Assembly: GCA_046482725.1 (NCBI GenBank)
Contig: JAWOEN010000036.1
Span: 1-39,888, forward strand
Source of the DNA: Candidatus Cloacimonadales bacterium
GTDB lineage: Bacteria > Cloacimonadota > Cloacimonadia > Cloacimonadales > TCS61
Reading direction: 5' to 3'
DNA length: 39,888 nt
Positions within the stretch are counted from its first letter, which is position 1. Every line of letters starts with the position of its first letter. Below the pieces are notes generated by a model, which saw only the letters and a program-made list of their open reading frames with translations, ran no database searches and was not told the origin of the DNA. Shown piece by piece: positions 26,292-34,981 of this stretch. The position numbers and the translations under genes are program-made.

Positions 26292-29200
26292 TTACACCTT
26301 CTCTTTTATTTTTATCGTGGTTTCATTCATCTCGCCCAGCCGCTTCAGGCTTATTTCAGCAGCGATAGAATAGATGATCTGCATGCCAAAACCTCCACTC
26401 CGCTCAATATCAGCATTTAGACAATCACAATTTCTCTCCGGCAATTCCCACTCTCTTCCCTTGTCCCAGAAAGTGAGAAAAATATCTTGATTGATAACCA
26501 GTTCCAATCCGATGACTTCTGCCCGATCTTGTTGGATTCCATGTCGAATAATATTGCTCAGATATTCGTTGATCAGCAGCTCTACTCGATCTGCCAAAGG
26601 CTCATTCTGCAAAGTATCTTTGACGATTTCATTGCATTCTGCTCCCAGATCGGCAATGTTTTCCAAATTCGGTTTTAGCGTAAAAATCTTGCGAAATTCC
26701 GGTTTGAGCTTCTCGACTAATTTTTTGAATGTCAGCAGCGTAAAATCATCTGTGCTGATATCATAATTCTGCTCTTTCAAAATAGCCAAAAAATTCTCCG
26801 GCAGTGAAATAGCCGAGGTAAAATCTCCTTGCTGTTCGATAAATTTGTGGAAACCGGCTAAACCAAACTGCTCGCCTGCTGCATTTTCGCATTCGAATAT
26901 ACCATCTGTGTAGAGCATAAATGCTTTCTCTGCAGAAAATTCCACCACACCTTCTGCCTCTGGTAAATAGTCAAAATCTTGGCTCCAACCCACCGGAATC
27001 GAGCCGCCTTCATCGATAATTTTTACCTCTTTCTGCACCAAATCATATTGGATCAGGGGAGGATGCCCCGCACTGAAATAGCGGATTTCCTCTTGTTCAT
27101 TGTCGATAATGCAAAGCAAAATGGTCAGATAATTTTCATGAAAAAGATCTGCTGCCAAGATCTTATTTAGTTTCTGCAAAATAAAGCTGGGCGATAGCTG
27201 CTCTTCTGGGCTGGAAACGATCATGTTGATGATAGATTTCACCGCAGTCATCATCAGGGCAGCTTGCACTCCATGCCCCGAGATATCCCCGATGTAAACC
27301 AAGGTTTTATTGGCAGAAAGCTTGATGATATCAAAGAGATCGCCACCGATGAGACTGGATGGTTTGTAGGTGGAAGAAAAAATTATCTCATCTTGTTTGG
27401 TCAGCCAATCCGGCAAAAGATATTGTTGCACTGAAGAGGCAATATCCAGCTCTTTCAGAAGAGAATTATACATTTGATTCAGATAATCTTCATTGGCTTG
27501 GCGGTTGATGGCAGCTCCGATAGAATCTGCTACCATGGTAAGTGTCTCCACTTCCATCTGGCTCCATTTTCTTTGCTCTTCTATCATGTCAAAGCCGATA
27601 AAACCCCAGAAAATCTCATTGGCAAAAATCGGCACCAACAAAATGCTACTCACCTGATTTCCTGCCAAAAATTTATTGTCTGGAGCTATCTCCTGCACAT
27701 TGCCATAGATCGATGCTTTATCGAGCAATCTGCCCAACCAATCAGCAAAACCCAAATCACTGTAGCTGTAGACAGTATCTGCCTCCAAGCTCACCGAAAG
27801 TTTTTGAGCCCGCTCGGTTTGCCAACTGTGAGCATATTTCATCAGCATCGAGCCTTCAGCACTTTCCATATTTTCAAAGAGATAAACGCGATCTACCTCC
27901 AAAACTTTGCCATACTTTTCCAAAATAAGCTTGATGCTCTCCTGCCAATCTTTTTTGGTAAGGAAGAGATTGGATGAAACCGATAAAGCTTGCAGAATCT
28001 TATCGCGTTGAGCTAAGTTCTTTTCTGTGTTTTGTCTACTCTTGATATTAACAATAATCTGAGAAAAAAGTTTTAGGAGATTTACTTCTTTATTGGAATA
28101 AGTATTTTGTTTTTTCACCGAATCAAATCCCACAAAGCCGAAGCATTTCTGGCCTGCCATAAGGGGGATGGTGATCAAACTTTTTACCTGCTGCGGCTCC
28201 AAGATCTTTCTTACCGAGTCAGATTTATCCAACTCAAAGATATCGGGAATATATAGGATTTCGCCTTGGCTATGTGCTTCTACCCATTGGGGCATAGCAC
28301 TAAAAGGCACCCGCTGCAATTCATCTATCTGCGCAGATATTCCTTTCGCACACCATTCATAGGTGTTAATGCAGATTTCTTTATCCCAGTCATAATCAAA
28401 AATATAAGCACGATCTGCTTGGGCAAAAGCACCCAATTCTCGCAGGCCATTATTGGTAGCTGAATCGATATCTTTTAAATCTAGATTGATATACTTGGTT
28501 GAAATGTTCATCAGAATATTTTGCAAACCACTTTGATACTGAAGTTCCGCTTCTGCCTGCTTGCGCTTGCTAATATCTTCCAAAACTCCATCAAAATAGA
28601 TAATGCTCTTATTCTGATAGATCGCCTTGGAATTGATCGCTATCCAAAAATGTGTGCCATCTTTCTTCTGCATCTCTGCTTCAAAACGCTGGACCTGACC
28701 TTTATCGATCAATTTCTTTAGCAAGCTCTCACGCTGCTGCGGTTTTACATAAAAATCCTTCACATTCTTCTGCATCAGCTCGGACATAGAATCATAGCCA
28801 AACATCTTGACCATGGCCGGATTGGCTGAAAGTAGATGCCCCTGCAGAGTAGAGCGATAAATCCCGATGGGAATATTGGTTTGCAAAGTGCGATATTGCT
28901 CTTCGCTCTTGGCCAATTTTTCTGCTGCCAATCTGCGCTCTGTGACATCTTCAAAGCTGACAATGGCTCCGTAAAATTCCTCATTTTCCAATAAATCTAT
29001 GCTGTATAAGATCTTGACCTGAGCTCCTCGCTTGCTATAAAGCTCATCTTCCTGCTCAAATTTGGCAGTATTCAGATCAGCAAAATCTACCTCAAAGATA
29101 TCAGTCTGAAATACTTCCTGAGGACGTTTGCCCAGCATCTCTTGCAAGCTATAGCCGGTTATTTTCTCAGCTCGCACATTCCAGCTGGTGATCCGATTGT

Positions 29201-29891
29201 TCAAATCTATACTAAAAATTGCACTGGGCACCAGCTGATTGATCGTTTCGGCAAAATTTTTGGCTTCGGTAAATTCATCCAAGATCATCTTCAGCTGATT
29301 CTGATTGCGCTGGGATTCCAGATACATCGACTGAAATTTTTTGGTAGAGCTAATGCGAAGATAATTGGCCACATAGGCAAAATAGTAAGCCAAAAGCAGC
29401 AGCAGCACAGAAGTTTGCATCTCTACTTGCAGATTTCCCCAATACAAGCTGGCAATAGTAGCCAATAAAATGGTGCTGCTGATAAAGACAAACCAGCGAA
29501 ATGATAAGAGAAAGATGCCCACTCCCAAAATCATCAATAAAATATTGATTAGCCACAAAGGTTCTTGTTCCAGATTCATCAAAGTGAGAGTGTTGAGAAA
29601 AACCAATAATATTACGAAACTGACTGTATGATAAATATATTTTTGCGGTAATTTTTCATATTGGATGGAAAATAGCACAACTAAAGAGATGAGCACTGTT
29701 ATCCCATTTAAGGTCGCCATAAAATTGCTGTACTCTGCCTCAACGAAAAAAATCTGTCCCAAAACAAAAAAACTGAAAAGCAACGACAAACCTATACAAA
29801 GCGAACGTACATTCTGATAAAACATATACAAAATACGCAGGTCCAGCTCATTCTTTTCCAGTTGTTCCAGATTTATCTGCTTGTTTTCCAT
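26292..29891 (-). CDS. Membrane-anchored multidomain sensor: TM region, 2 PAS, 2 GAF, PP2C/SpoIIE-type Ser phosphatase (RsbU-like) and an RsbW/SpoIIAB-like HATPase domain
   Basis: Residue numbers follow the ORF track. About 5-6 TM helices span aa 35-185. The PAS regions include 'SAIFSIDLNNRITSWNVRAEKITGY' and 'IGIYRSTLQGHLLSANPAMVKMFGY'. The GAF-like regions include 'ADRAYIFDYD...ITIPLMAGQKCFGFVGFD' and 'VDRVYLFEN...ILLVPIFANEIFWGFIGFD'. SpoIIE motifs are 'GGDLFDI', 'GDISGHG', 'AGHPP' and 'YTDG'. The kinase-like N-box is 'NEYLSNIIRHG' and the G-box is 'GGFGMQII'. The start is set at ATG 29891 because AAGGAGA lies 6 nt upstream. Confidence 0.8.
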   Translation of the reverse strand: MENKQINLEQLEKNELDLRILYMFYQNVRSLCIGLSLLFSFFVLGQIFFVEAEYSNFMATLNGITVLISLVVLFSIQYEKLPQKYIYHTVSFVILLVFLNTLTLMNLEQEPLWLINILLMILGVGIFLLSFRWFVFISSTILLATIASLYWGNLQVEMQTSVLLLLLAYYFAYVANYLRISSTKKFQSMYLESQRNQNQLKMILDEFTEAKNFAETINQLVPSAIFSIDLNNRITSWNVRAEKITGYSLQEMLGKRPQEVFQTDIFEVDFADLNTAKFEQEDELYSKRGAQVKILYSIDLLENEEFYGAIVSFEDVTERRLAAEKLAKSEEQYRTLQTNIPIGIYRSTLQGHLLSANPAMVKMFGYDSMSELMQKNVKDFYVKPQQRESLLKKLIDKGQVQRFEAEMQKKDGTHFWIAINSKAIYQNKSIIYFDGVLEDISKRKQAEAELQYQSGLQNILMNISTKYINLDLKDIDSATNNGLRELGAFAQADRAYIFDYDWDKEICINTYEWCAKGISAQIDELQRVPFSAMPQWVEAHSQGEILYIPDIFELDKSDSVRKILEPQQVKSLITIPLMAGQKCFGFVGFDSVKKQNTYSNKEVNLLKLFSQIIVNIKSRQNTEKNLAQRDKILQALSVSSNLFLTKKDWQESIKLILEKYGKVLEVDRVYLFENMESAEGSMLMKYAHSWQTERAQKLSVSLEADTVYSYSDLGFADWLGRLLDKASIYGNVQEIAPDNKFLAGNQVSSILLVPIFANEIFWGFIGFDMIEEQRKWSQMEVETLTMVADSIGAAINRQANEDYLNQMYNSLLKELDIASSVQQYLLPDWLTKQDEIIFSSTYKPSSLIGGDLFDIIKLSANKTLVYIGDISGHGVQAALMMTAVKSIINMIVSSPEEQLSPSFILQKLNKILAADLFHENYLTILLCIIDNEQEEIRYFSAGHPPLIQYDLVQKEVKIIDEGGSIPVGWSQDFDYLPEAEGVVEFSAEKAFMLYTDGIFECENAAGEQFGLAGFHKFIEQQGDFTSAISLPENFLAILKEQNYDISTDDFTLLTFKKLVEKLKPEFRKIFTLKPNLENIADLGAECNEIVKDTLQNEPLADRVELLINEYLSNIIRHGIQQDRAEVIGLELVINQDIFLTFWDKGREWELPERNCDCLNADIERSGGFGMQIIYSIAAEISLKRLGEMNETTIKIKEKV

Positions 29892-29958
29892 GGGCGATCT
29901 CCTTGGTACCATAATTTGCTATTGCCGCTTTTATCTGTAAAGATTTTTTTCTGATCTA

Positions 29959-29989
29959 CAAAAAATGGCGGAAGAGTAATTCTTCCGCC
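29959..29989 (-). terminator. Rho-independent terminator of nrdJ
   Basis: A 9-bp GC-rich stem (ggcggaaga / tcttccgcc, 29967-29975 paired with 29981-29989) encloses a 5-nt loop. On the minus strand it is followed by ATTTTTTG, and it lies 34 nt past the nrdJ stop. Confidence 0.75.
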
Positions 29990-30022
29990 TGCTTAACGCA
30001 ATTAACTAAAAAAAAGTTCAGG

Positions 30023-32278
30023 TTAACACTTGGACCAACCGCAACTATTACATTTCATGCAGCCTTCGCTATGCTCGACCGTGCTGCCACAATCGGGGCA
30101 AACTCCACTCTGCTTGCCACTGGCAGGTTTTTTAGAAACAGTCACGTTTTTGTTGATCTCTTCAATATCGTGCAAAGAAGCGCTATCGATGTGCAAAAAA
30201 TTCTCCAGCGCTTTGGATAAGCCATCGGCGCAAGAGGTGATCACCTTGCCCTTATGCCACATCGGAGACGGACAGCGGATGCCCCGTATTTGGCGGATGA
30301 TCGATTCTAATTTGAGATTGGAGCGCAAGCCCAAAGAAGTCAGCCGCGCGATAGCTTCCAATTGTGCACTGGCACAGCCTCCCACTTTTCCCATCTGGGT
30401 AAATACTTCGCAAGGTCCTTCGCTATCACTATTGACTGTCACATAAAGATGCCCACAGCCAGTTTCGATCTTTTGCGTAATTCCGGTGGTGATATCGGGG
30501 CGTTTGCGCGGCATCACATTAGATTTTTGCTCGGAAGATTTTGCTTTTTCTGCTTTGTTACCGATGTTCAATACTTGATTGCTACGGCTACCGTCACGAT
30601 AGACTGTCACGCCTTTGCAACCAAGATCATAAGCCAATTGATACGCCATCTGAATATCTTCTTTGCCGGCATCTTGGGTAAAATTGATAGTTTTGGATAC
30701 TGCGTTATCGACATATTTTTGGAAAGCAGCCTGCATGCGGATATGCCATTCTGGTCTGATATCATGCGAGGTGACAAAGATCTCTTTGATCTCCTGAGGA
30801 ATTTCATCCAAATGAGCCACACTACCGGCTTCGGAAACTTTTTCCATCAATTCCAAAGAGAAGATGCCGGCTGCTTTTACTGCTGCTTCAAAGTGAGGAT
30901 TGATGTAGAGCAATTTTTCTCCATCCATCACATTTTTCACATAGACCAAAGAAAATTGCGGTTCAATGCCGCTGGAAGTATTGGCGATCATACTGATAGT
31001 CCCGGTGGGAGCAATCGTGGTGACGGTGGCATTACGGATGCCTTTGGCAGCGATTTCGGCTTGCAGTTCTTGCCAGGCAAATTGTTTATCTTCCCGCAGC
31101 AGCTTTTGGGTTTGATAGATACTGCCCTCAAAATTGGGGAAGCTACCAGCACTTTCTGCCAATTGCAAAGATTTCTGCTTGGCATGATAATCGATAAACT
31201 CCATGATCTCTTCTGCCAAATCCACAGCAGCTTCGCTATCGTAGGGCAATTTCATCTTGTAGAGCAGATCAGCCCAACCCATCACGCCGAGGCCGATCTT
31301 ACGATTAGATTTTACCATCTCATCTATTTCCGGTAGCGGAAAAGCACTGCGATTGATCACATCATCCAAAAATTCTACACTAGCGCCCACAACCTGCTGC
31401 AATTTTTCCCAGTCAAATTCGCCTTGATAGAGTTCAGCTAAATTTATCGAGCCCAGATTACAGGCCTCATTGGGCAGAAGCGGCTGCTCGCCGCAAGGAT
31501 TTGTGCTTTCCAATTCTCCGATCTGCGGAGTGGGATTGTGCTGATTGATGCGATCGAGAAAGACGATTCCCGGCTCACCGTTTTTGTGCGCCATCTCTAC
31601 GATCAGATTGAAAACTTCGCGCGCTTTCAGCTTATCTTTTACCTCCTGGTTATGCGGTGAGATCAGCTCATATTCGCTATCGCTCTGCACTGCCTGCATA
31701 AAATCTTCGGTAATGCCCACACTGAGGTTAAAATTTGTCAATTCAGTAGTATCTTCTTTGCAGGTGATAAATTCCATGATCTGGGGATGAGTGACGCTGA
31801 GAATTGCCATATTGGCGCCGCGCCGAGTTCCACCCTGTTTCACCGCATCGGTAGCGCTGTTGAAAACTTTCAGGAAAGACAGCGGCCCGCTGGATACTCC
31901 GTTGGTGCTGCGCACTCGGGCATTGGCCTCGCGCAATCTGCTAAAACTAAAGCCAGTGCCGCCTCCACTTTTATGAATCAAGGCAGCGTTCTTGATCGCG
32001 CCAAAAATACTCTCCATACTATCTTCTATCGGCAAGACAAAGCAAGCTGATAGCTGCTGTAGATCGTTGCCGGCGTTCATCAAAGTGGGCGAATTCGGCA
32101 AAAACAATCCCGAATCCAAAAGTTCAATATAGCGCTCTTTTTTGGCTGCATCTCCACCACTTATATCATTGGCAACCCGCTTCACCAAAGCTTGCCAATC
32201 CTCGATCGGCTCTCCTTGCTCATCTTTGATAAAATATCTTTTACGTAAAACCGTTAAAGCATTCTCAGTTAAATTCAT
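30023..32278 (-). CDS. nrdJ: Adenosylcobalamin-dependent ribonucleoside-(tri/di)phosphate reductase, class II
   Basis: The monomeric ~750-aa architecture shows 'PTLMNAG', 'LSACFVLPIEDSM', 'HKSGGGTGFSFSRLR', 'GGTRRGANMAIL' and 'NPCGEQPLLPNEACNLGSINL'. The C-terminal Cys-rich tail reads 'CPDCGSTVEHSEGCMKCNSCGWSKC'. AGGAGAG precedes the ATG. Confidence 0.9.
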   Translation of the reverse strand: MNLTENALTVLRKRYFIKDEQGEPIEDWQALVKRVANDISGGDAAKKERYIELLDSGLFLPNSPTLMNAGNDLQQLSACFVLPIEDSMESIFGAIKNAALIHKSGGGTGFSFSRLREANARVRSTNGVSSGPLSFLKVFNSATDAVKQGGTRRGANMAILSVTHPQIMEFITCKEDTTELTNFNLSVGITEDFMQAVQSDSEYELISPHNQEVKDKLKAREVFNLIVEMAHKNGEPGIVFLDRINQHNPTPQIGELESTNPCGEQPLLPNEACNLGSINLAELYQGEFDWEKLQQVVGASVEFLDDVINRSAFPLPEIDEMVKSNRKIGLGVMGWADLLYKMKLPYDSEAAVDLAEEIMEFIDYHAKQKSLQLAESAGSFPNFEGSIYQTQKLLREDKQFAWQELQAEIAAKGIRNATVTTIAPTGTISMIANTSSGIEPQFSLVYVKNVMDGEKLLYINPHFEAAVKAAGIFSLELMEKVSEAGSVAHLDEIPQEIKEIFVTSHDIRPEWHIRMQAAFQKYVDNAVSKTINFTQDAGKEDIQMAYQLAYDLGCKGVTVYRDGSRSNQVLNIGNKAEKAKSSEQKSNVMPRKRPDITTGITQKIETGCGHLYVTVNSDSEGPCEVFTQMGKVGGCASAQLEAIARLTSLGLRSNLKLESIIRQIRGIRCPSPMWHKGKVITSCADGLSKALENFLHIDSASLHDIEEINKNVTVSKKPASGKQSGVCPDCGSTVEHSEGCMKCNSCGWSKC

Positions 32279-32816
32279 CTTTCTCTCCTAAAAAAATTGT
32301 TGGCTATCTCATCATAACTCGCTTCTGGGCGGCTAAAATAATTTGCGGAATCTTAGCAAGCTCTGATCTGCTGCCTCTGCATCAAATTCACAGCGAGTCA
32401 ATTATATTTTCCAAGCTAAAAAGCAAGAGACAAGTTACCCTGTCAATTAAGTTTTGTTTAGACAACCTTCCCTCCCAAAAAGCAAATATTGCCTTGGCGA
32501 AATAGCATATTATCTCAAAAATTTAGCTCAAGCTCCACCTGACTTCGTCTCTCCAAAAACTTTAGCTTCATCTTTACTGCTCTTTTCATGCTCATCTTGC
32601 TTGCTCATGTTTTAGATGATAAATTTTCATAAATTGTAGGCATTACAAATAAGTAACCAGCTCAGCACGAAATAAGCTAAATTCTTGTCTGAAAAGATTT
32701 AAACAAAAGCAGCTAATTAGGTTCAACAATAAATATCATCAAAAAAAAATAATAACCTTGACCATCCGTTATTCATTCAATTTCACTGCTCTGCAAAATT
32801 AAGATAGGAGTCTTTT

Positions 32817-34859
32817 ATGCTAAACAGAAAAAAAATTATCTTTTACGTATTCATGCTATTACTAATCCCCGGATTACTCAGCGCCCAATCATTTCAAAAA
32901 ATCGACAATGTGGATTATCTGCAATTACCCGCCGTCGATGACGCCTTTTCTAGCGCAGAAATATTCATTACTCTCGACAATTCAGCAGCTGCCGAAACTG
33001 TGAGCTTTGGCTTGGGTAAATTGGGAATCGGTGGAGATTCCGAAGATTCCAAGGGTTCATCTATTGATGACTTTGTGAAAGAAGTTTTTGCCAACCAAAC
33101 TGAAAAGTATGCAACTTGGGATTTATTCGAAGATTTTACTTTGAACGAAAATACCGGAATGCTGAAAATCGTGTTAACATTTGCTCCGGACAACAGCGCC
33201 AAACCGATGATGGAGCCGATGAAAAACAAAGACGGACTTTATCAGTTTAACTACCGCACAAACAGCTCCATGCAAGTGTATGATGCATCCGAGAAACTGC
33301 TTTATGAAAAAGAATTTGCCGCCATTAGTGGAACAGCTGTCTCAAAGAGCTGGGACAAAGGCGCCACCAGTATGGTTTCGGTTTCCGATTCTGATGAAGT
33401 GGAATACACTCCTTATGAAGCAGGCTGCCGGGACGGCGTGGTGCAATATGCCAAGCGTGTAATCTACGGAATGTACGGTATCAAGAGATTGCAAGCACCT
33501 CTGGGTGTAGCTGAGATCAAGAAACAGAAAGATTCCAAAAAAGTTCAGAGAGATTTTAATGATCTGATCGCCAACCGCAAAGGTATACTTTTGGATGTAA
33601 CAGAAATGACTCAGGCCCAAGCTGCTATCGAATATTGGGAAAGTATTTTGGAAAGCACCCGCGAGGAATATCTCTGGGCTGTACATTATAATCTGGCTAT
33701 TGCTTATGGCTGGGTTTTGGATGCAGAAAAATCTCAGCAACATATCGAAAAAGTTGCAGAATTGAACTCGGATATCTTTGATAAGATCAAAAATAAATCG
33801 GGCTCTTTCCGCGGCAAAGATTTAGATATGCTGGAAGCTTATAACAACGGTCAACCTTTCTGCCAATATTTTGCGGCCGGTATCAACAAATATCCCTCCA
33901 TCTCCAAAATGCTGGATATCGACGCTTATCGCGTAGCGCACACTATGACAATCAATGAAGTGCTGAGCAATATCATAGATTTGCCGGTAGCCCTCCCGCT
34001 CTTTCCCTATCACGAAGAGCTGGGAATGAAAAAATGCGAAGGTGAGATCAGCTACCAAGGCGAAGTTATCGCTTCCTTTGATTATGATTTGGAGAAGAAA
34101 AATATCGTAGGTCTCAGCATCAAAGGGACCAAGAATTCCAAACTGGATGACTTGAAAGAATCTGTCAGCCTCACTTCGGCTGCGGATCTCTCGCCCAATG
34201 AAAAAAGAAGAGTCTACTATAATTTAGGTGTGCCAAGATCTTCCGGATATTATGGACTTACTGATGGACCTACTCTTTTCTTGAATGACTACAATCGCAC
34301 CAGCAAAAGCTTGTTACCGATTTATCGTCTACCAGATGTAGCGCAAAACCAGGAAATCACCCTTGAGGGCGGTCAATTCAAAAACCAGTTTACCGATGCC
34401 TACTTTATCGCAGAATCGATCACTTCGGGCAATCAATGGTTCTCCAATAGATATGATTTTGGCGATTCAATGGCGGTAGAATTTGTAGCAGACAAGACTA
34501 TCCTGAAAGCAGAAGCGCTGAACGTGGGCGATAATGGAATTCCTGCTCAGTACAAGGTTAGTATGGATGTAAAAGACGCATCTTTAATTTTGAATGTAAA
34601 GATCAAAAGCAAATTTGGTGAGACCACCAATGCTGAACAGACTCGCCGGATAAGAGAGCAATCTAGATTGGAGCCCACCATTCGTCAAATCGTGATGGAT
34701 CATCTCAGCAAAACTGCTGATAATCTGCAACAAGGTGAAAAGCATTTTAGCTTTACTTACAGTCATACCTACGATCTGGAAAGCAAAACTGATGATAAGG
34801 GAAATTGGACAGAGCTAAAGATTGGTGATTATACGATCAGTCGTGAGATAAAGTATTAG
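32817..34859 (+). CDS. Secreted protein of unknown function (680 aa)
   Basis: AGGAG lies 6 nt upstream of the ATG. There is a clear Sec signal peptide ('IIFYVFMLLLIPGLLSAQSF'). I recognise no family motif. A strong terminator follows the gene. Confidence 0.65.
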   Translation: MLNRKKIIFYVFMLLLIPGLLSAQSFQKIDNVDYLQLPAVDDAFSSAEIFITLDNSAAAETVSFGLGKLGIGGDSEDSKGSSIDDFVKEVFANQTEKYATWDLFEDFTLNENTGMLKIVLTFAPDNSAKPMMEPMKNKDGLYQFNYRTNSSMQVYDASEKLLYEKEFAAISGTAVSKSWDKGATSMVSVSDSDEVEYTPYEAGCRDGVVQYAKRVIYGMYGIKRLQAPLGVAEIKKQKDSKKVQRDFNDLIANRKGILLDVTEMTQAQAAIEYWESILESTREEYLWAVHYNLAIAYGWVLDAEKSQQHIEKVAELNSDIFDKIKNKSGSFRGKDLDMLEAYNNGQPFCQYFAAGINKYPSISKMLDIDAYRVAHTMTINEVLSNIIDLPVALPLFPYHEELGMKKCEGEISYQGEVIASFDYDLEKKNIVGLSIKGTKNSKLDDLKESVSLTSAADLSPNEKRRVYYNLGVPRSSGYYGLTDGPTLFLNDYNRTSKSLLPIYRLPDVAQNQEITLEGGQFKNQFTDAYFIAESITSGNQWFSNRYDFGDSMAVEFVADKTILKAEALNVGDNGIPAQYKVSMDVKDASLILNVKIKSKFGETTNAEQTRRIREQSRLEPTIRQIVMDHLSKTADNLQQGEKHFSFTYSHTYDLESKTDDKGNWTELKIGDYTISREIKY

Positions 34860-34895
34860 GAATTGGCTCGAAGCTAAACTCAAGTGAATACTGAT

Positions 34896-34933
34896 AAAAA
34901 TTGGGGTAGATCTTTTTCTACCCCAATTTTTTT
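34896..34933. terminator. Bidirectional rho-independent terminator between convergent genes
   Basis: A perfect 10-bp stem (ttggggtaga 34901-34910 paired with tctaccccaa 34917-34926) encloses a 6-nt loop. It is flanked by an A5 run upstream and a T7 run downstream, so either transcript ends in a U tract. Confidence 0.8.
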
Positions 34934-34981
34934 ATGAACTTTCCCAGCTCCCCGATAAGCTACCTCAAGTATTATAGCGGC

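Noticed and set aside
29892-29912. 7-codon extension of the sensor gene (MVPRRSP)
   Set aside because: An AAGGAGA motif lies inside it, 6 nt upstream of ATG 29891, so the shorter start is preferred. Either choice leaves the functional call unchanged.
30362-31336. 324-aa plus-strand ORF antisense to nrdJ, strikingly long for AT-rich DNA
   Set aside because: It is codon-for-codon aligned with the nrdJ frame, so its stops could arise only from sense TTA, CTA or TCA codons, which this stretch of nrdJ happens to avoid. The translation is Phe/Ile/Cys/His-rich low-information sequence typical of antisense read-outs. There is no SD or independent signal. I treat it as a shadow ORF.
32279-32480. Possible NrdR box or cobalamin riboswitch in the nrdJ leader
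   Set aside because: I could not find the palindromic NrdR-box pattern or the conserved B12-box core by eye. B12 riboswitches usually repress B12-independent RNRs rather than nrdJ. I leave this as an open check rather than a call.
32528-32608. 26-codon minus-strand mini-ORF (MSKQDEHEKSSKDEAKVFGETKSGGA*) in the long intergenic region
   Set aside because: There is no SD-like sequence upstream, the peptide is low-complexity and hydrophilic, and no supporting signal exists. It is indistinguishable from chance.
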